From: the human T2T-CHM13v2.0 reference genome, Homo sapiens
DNA: 64,000 nt
Assembly: GCF_009914755.1 (NCBI RefSeq)
Contig: NC_060946.1
Reading direction: 5' to 3' (one strand)
This document shows, one piece after another, positions 55,301 to 64,000 of this stretch. The translations under genes and the position numbers were made by a program. The notes under the pieces were generated by a model. That model did not search any database. It was not told where the DNA came from and saw only the letters and a list, made by a program, of their open reading frames with translations. Positions within the stretch are counted from its first letter, which is position 1. Each line of letters opens with the position of its first letter.

Positions 55301-57125
55301 GTCAACTGGCTTTCTTCTCTCAGTGCTAATCTCTTTAGTATTGGTTGTTCTGCTGCACCCTTGGATTCCTCGCCTGAAAATGCTCTTTCATTCTCTTCCG
55401 CATGGCCAGGCTATTAATTTTCAAATTTTTGTGTTTGCTTCCCTTGTCATTTTGCATTTCACTGAATGTAGTAAGGAGTAACTACATAGCTGCTCTATAT
55501 TTTGCTTAGAAATTTCTTCTGCCAGGTACCCTAGTTCATCACCCTTAAGTTTGGCCTTCCACAAAACCTTAGGGCAAAAAGCCTTAGAAACAACACAGCC
55601 AAATTTTTGCTATGGTCTAACAAGGATGACTTGGTCTCCAGTTCCTAATACCTTGTTCCTCATTTCTATCTGAGATCTCATTAGAATGCCTTTGCTGTCC
55701 ATATTTTATCAGCATTGTGGTAATCACTACTTAACCAATCTCTAAGAAATTCTAAACTTTCTCTCATCTTTTTGTTGTCTTTTGAGCCCTCACTGAAATT
55801 ACCCTTAATGCTCTGTTTATGGCAATACAGTCTTTTTCTAGTCTGCTCCTTCAAACTTTTCCAACTTCTGCCCATTACCCAGTTCCAATGATGCTTCTGC
55901 ATTTTTGAGAATCTAAATAGCAACATCCCACTCTCAGTACCAATTTTCTGTCTTAGTCCGTTTTGTGTTGCTATAACAGAATACCGGAGACTGAGTAATT
56001 TATAAAGAGGTATATTTGGCTTGCAGTTCTGCAGGCTGGAAAGAATGACACTGGCATCTGCTTGGGTTCTGGTGAAAGCTTTAGTGTTGTGTCACAACAT
56101 GGTAGAAGAAGGTCAAAGGGGAGTAGGCATGTACCAGGAGGCCAAGCATGAAGCGTGACCTCACCATATGGCAACTCATTCTCATGGTAACTAATCCATT
56201 CCTGAGAGAACTAATCTCATAAGAGTGAGAACTCACTCACCAGTGTAAGAATAGTACCAAGCTGCCCACAAAGGAAGAACTCCCAAGACCCAAACACTTC
56301 CCATTAGGCCCCACCTCTTAAGCGTTCCAACATGAGTTTTGGTAGAGACACTCAAACTATAGCAATAATAATTAGGAATAAATTTAACAAAATAAGTGTG
56401 AAACCTTTGCACTGAAAACTAAAAAACATCACTCAGATAAATGCCTAAATAAATGGAGAGATATATCATGTTAATGGATTAGATGACTCAATATTGTTAG
56501 ATGTCAATTGATCTACAAATTAACTGCAATTCCTGCCAAAAGTCTAGAAAGATTATTGGAAAAATTGACAAGATGATTTTAAAATTATATAGAAATACAA
56601 AAATACCTAGAATAGCCAAAACAATCTTGCTAAGTAAGAATGAAGTTAGAGTACTTAATACTGCCTTATTTTAAAATTCAGTGTAAAGCAACAGTAGCCA
56701 AGACAGTGTAGAATCCACATTAAGAGAGATAGATAGATCAATGGAACTAAGTGGAGTTCAGAATCCAACCCACATAAATAGTCAATTAATTTTCATCAAA
56801 GATGCTAAGACAATTCTATAGGAAAAAGATGTTCTTTCAACAAATGATTCTATAAGAACTGGTTATTCATTTACAAAAACTAAACCTAGATCCTTAGGTC
56901 ATATACGAAAATTAACTAAAATGGATCATAGACCTAATTGTATGAGCTAAAACTGTAAAACTTCTAGGAAAAAAAAATAGGAGAAAATATTTATGACCTT
57001 GGACTAAGAAAAGGTTTCTTAGATATAATATCAAAAACATGTTCCATAAAAGAAAAACAGATAAATTGGACTTCACCAAAATGATGAAATCTTTGCTTTT
57101 CAAATATTTCTTAAATAAATGAAAA
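52341..57125 (+). mobile_element. Old L1M ORF2 (host of the ACTR3B retrocopy and of the MST element)
   Basis: Decayed ORF2 sequence continuous across 50390-50422, 52341-53750 and 56365-57125. Confidence 0.7.
53751..56364 (-). mobile_element. Complete MST-family MaLR provirus (LTR 53751-54182, internal, LTR 55949-56364)
   Basis: Two homologous LTRs (tgtcttagt...atrgca) flank a MaLR internal region; TSD ataaa/ataat. Confidence 0.85.
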
Positions 57126-57128
57126 GAG

Positions 57129-62807
<5,679 letters not shown>

Positions 62808-62985
62808 TTCAGCCTTCAAGTAGCTATCAGGTGCGCCACCATGCCCAGCTAATTTTTGTGTTTTTAGTAGAGATGGGGTTTCACCATGTTGCCTAGGTTA
62901 GTCTTGAACTCCTGGGCTCAGGTGATCTGCTCGCCTTGGCCTCCCAAAATGCTAGGATTACAGGTGTGAGCCACTGTGCCCAGCC
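62808..62985 (-). mobile_element. Partial Alu (left arm plus a fragment)
   Basis: Reverse-complement Alu fused directly to the truncated L1. Confidence 0.82.
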
Positions 62986-64000
62986 AATCTATGTAACTTT
63001 TCATGGAAGGCAAATCTATAAAGAAAGCAGATCATTTGTTACTTGGGACTTGGGTAGGTGGGAGTGAGGATGTAATGCAAATAAGCATGAGGAAACTTTT
63101 TGAGATTATGTAAGTATTCAAAAACTGAATTTTTGTAATTGTTGTACAACTCTATAAATTGGCCGAAACTCATCGAAATGTGCATTTAAAAGAAATAAAT
63201 TTTGTGCTCTGTATATTATACCTCAAAAAAGCTGATAAAATATAAATTGGAACAAAAGTACTGGAAAACAGTAAGTTGGGGATGAATGAGGGTGATCAAA
63301 ATTAATGCATCCTTCAAGATGAAACTAGTGATTTTAATTTTACAATTAGTTTTTTAAATTACTTGTTAATTCAAGTACACATATTACATTTCAAGGGTAA
63401 TCGTGAATAGAATAGAACTAGAACATACAACTTTTAAACAAATACAGGGGAAAAACCTTGATCAATCTAATACAATGCATTGGGGAAAAGAATTGGAGAA
63501 ATAATATGGTTAACAGAAAGCACAAAATATGATGACAGAAGTAAATATAAATTTATCCATAACCACAATAAACTTAAATGGTCTAAATTAGTTAAAGACA
63601 GACACTTGAAGACTGGATAAAAACGTGAAAATCCAGGTATAACCTGTAATAGTTAAAAACATGAAGACACAAAATTCTGAAGGTATGAGATGAGTAAATG
63701 ATAAATAAAACAAATATTAACCAATATATGGCTGATATAGCTATTTTCATATCAAAAACTATAATTTAAGACAAAAAACATTCTGAGGAATAAGTCATTA
63801 TGTAAAGACATGTATGCATGTAACAATTCAACCGTAAAATATATGAAGCACAAATTGGCAGAATTACAAAGAAAAATGGCTAAATCCTCAACCTTGAAGA
63901 AACTTAAACCTCTGAGTCAATGATAATCAAAATATAGTAAGATTATCTCAGATTTTAACCGCTGTATTAAAAAAGCTTAATTTAAAGGAAATATATAGAC

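Overview
This is primate (human or great-ape) intronic DNA, mostly made of interspersed repeats. The minus strand carries six consecutive coding exons (equivalent to exons 4-9) of the Na+/H+ antiporter gene SLC9B1 (NHA1/NHEDC1). They have canonical splice sites but many amino-acid changes and a +1 frameshift with an early stop in the exon-8 equivalent, so this is one of the duplicated, unprocessed SLC9B1P copies rather than the functional gene. An ACTR3B processed pseudogene lies antisense in the large upstream intron (about 50.4-52.3 kb). The rest is L1 (old L1M to very young L1PA2/pre-Ta-like), about 20 Alus, LTRs (LTR8-type, MLT2, MLT1, THE1, MST, MER21) and a MER6 DNA transposon. I see no new protein-coding system. 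The unusual signals are records of retrotransposition and repair: an 8.8-kb double L1 inside one 20-bp TSD pair, a 113-bp near-perfect local templated insertion, a young L1 nested in a young L1, an L1 3' transduction ending at an LTR poly(A) signal, an inverted TSD-less L1 fragment with a target deletion, a MaLR internal region joined to an MLT2A LTR, and a retrocopy that preserves a 128-nt GT..AG segment at the ACTR3B exon1/exon2 junction. Repeat subfamily calls and reference-protein comparisons are from memory of consensus sequences and were not computed.
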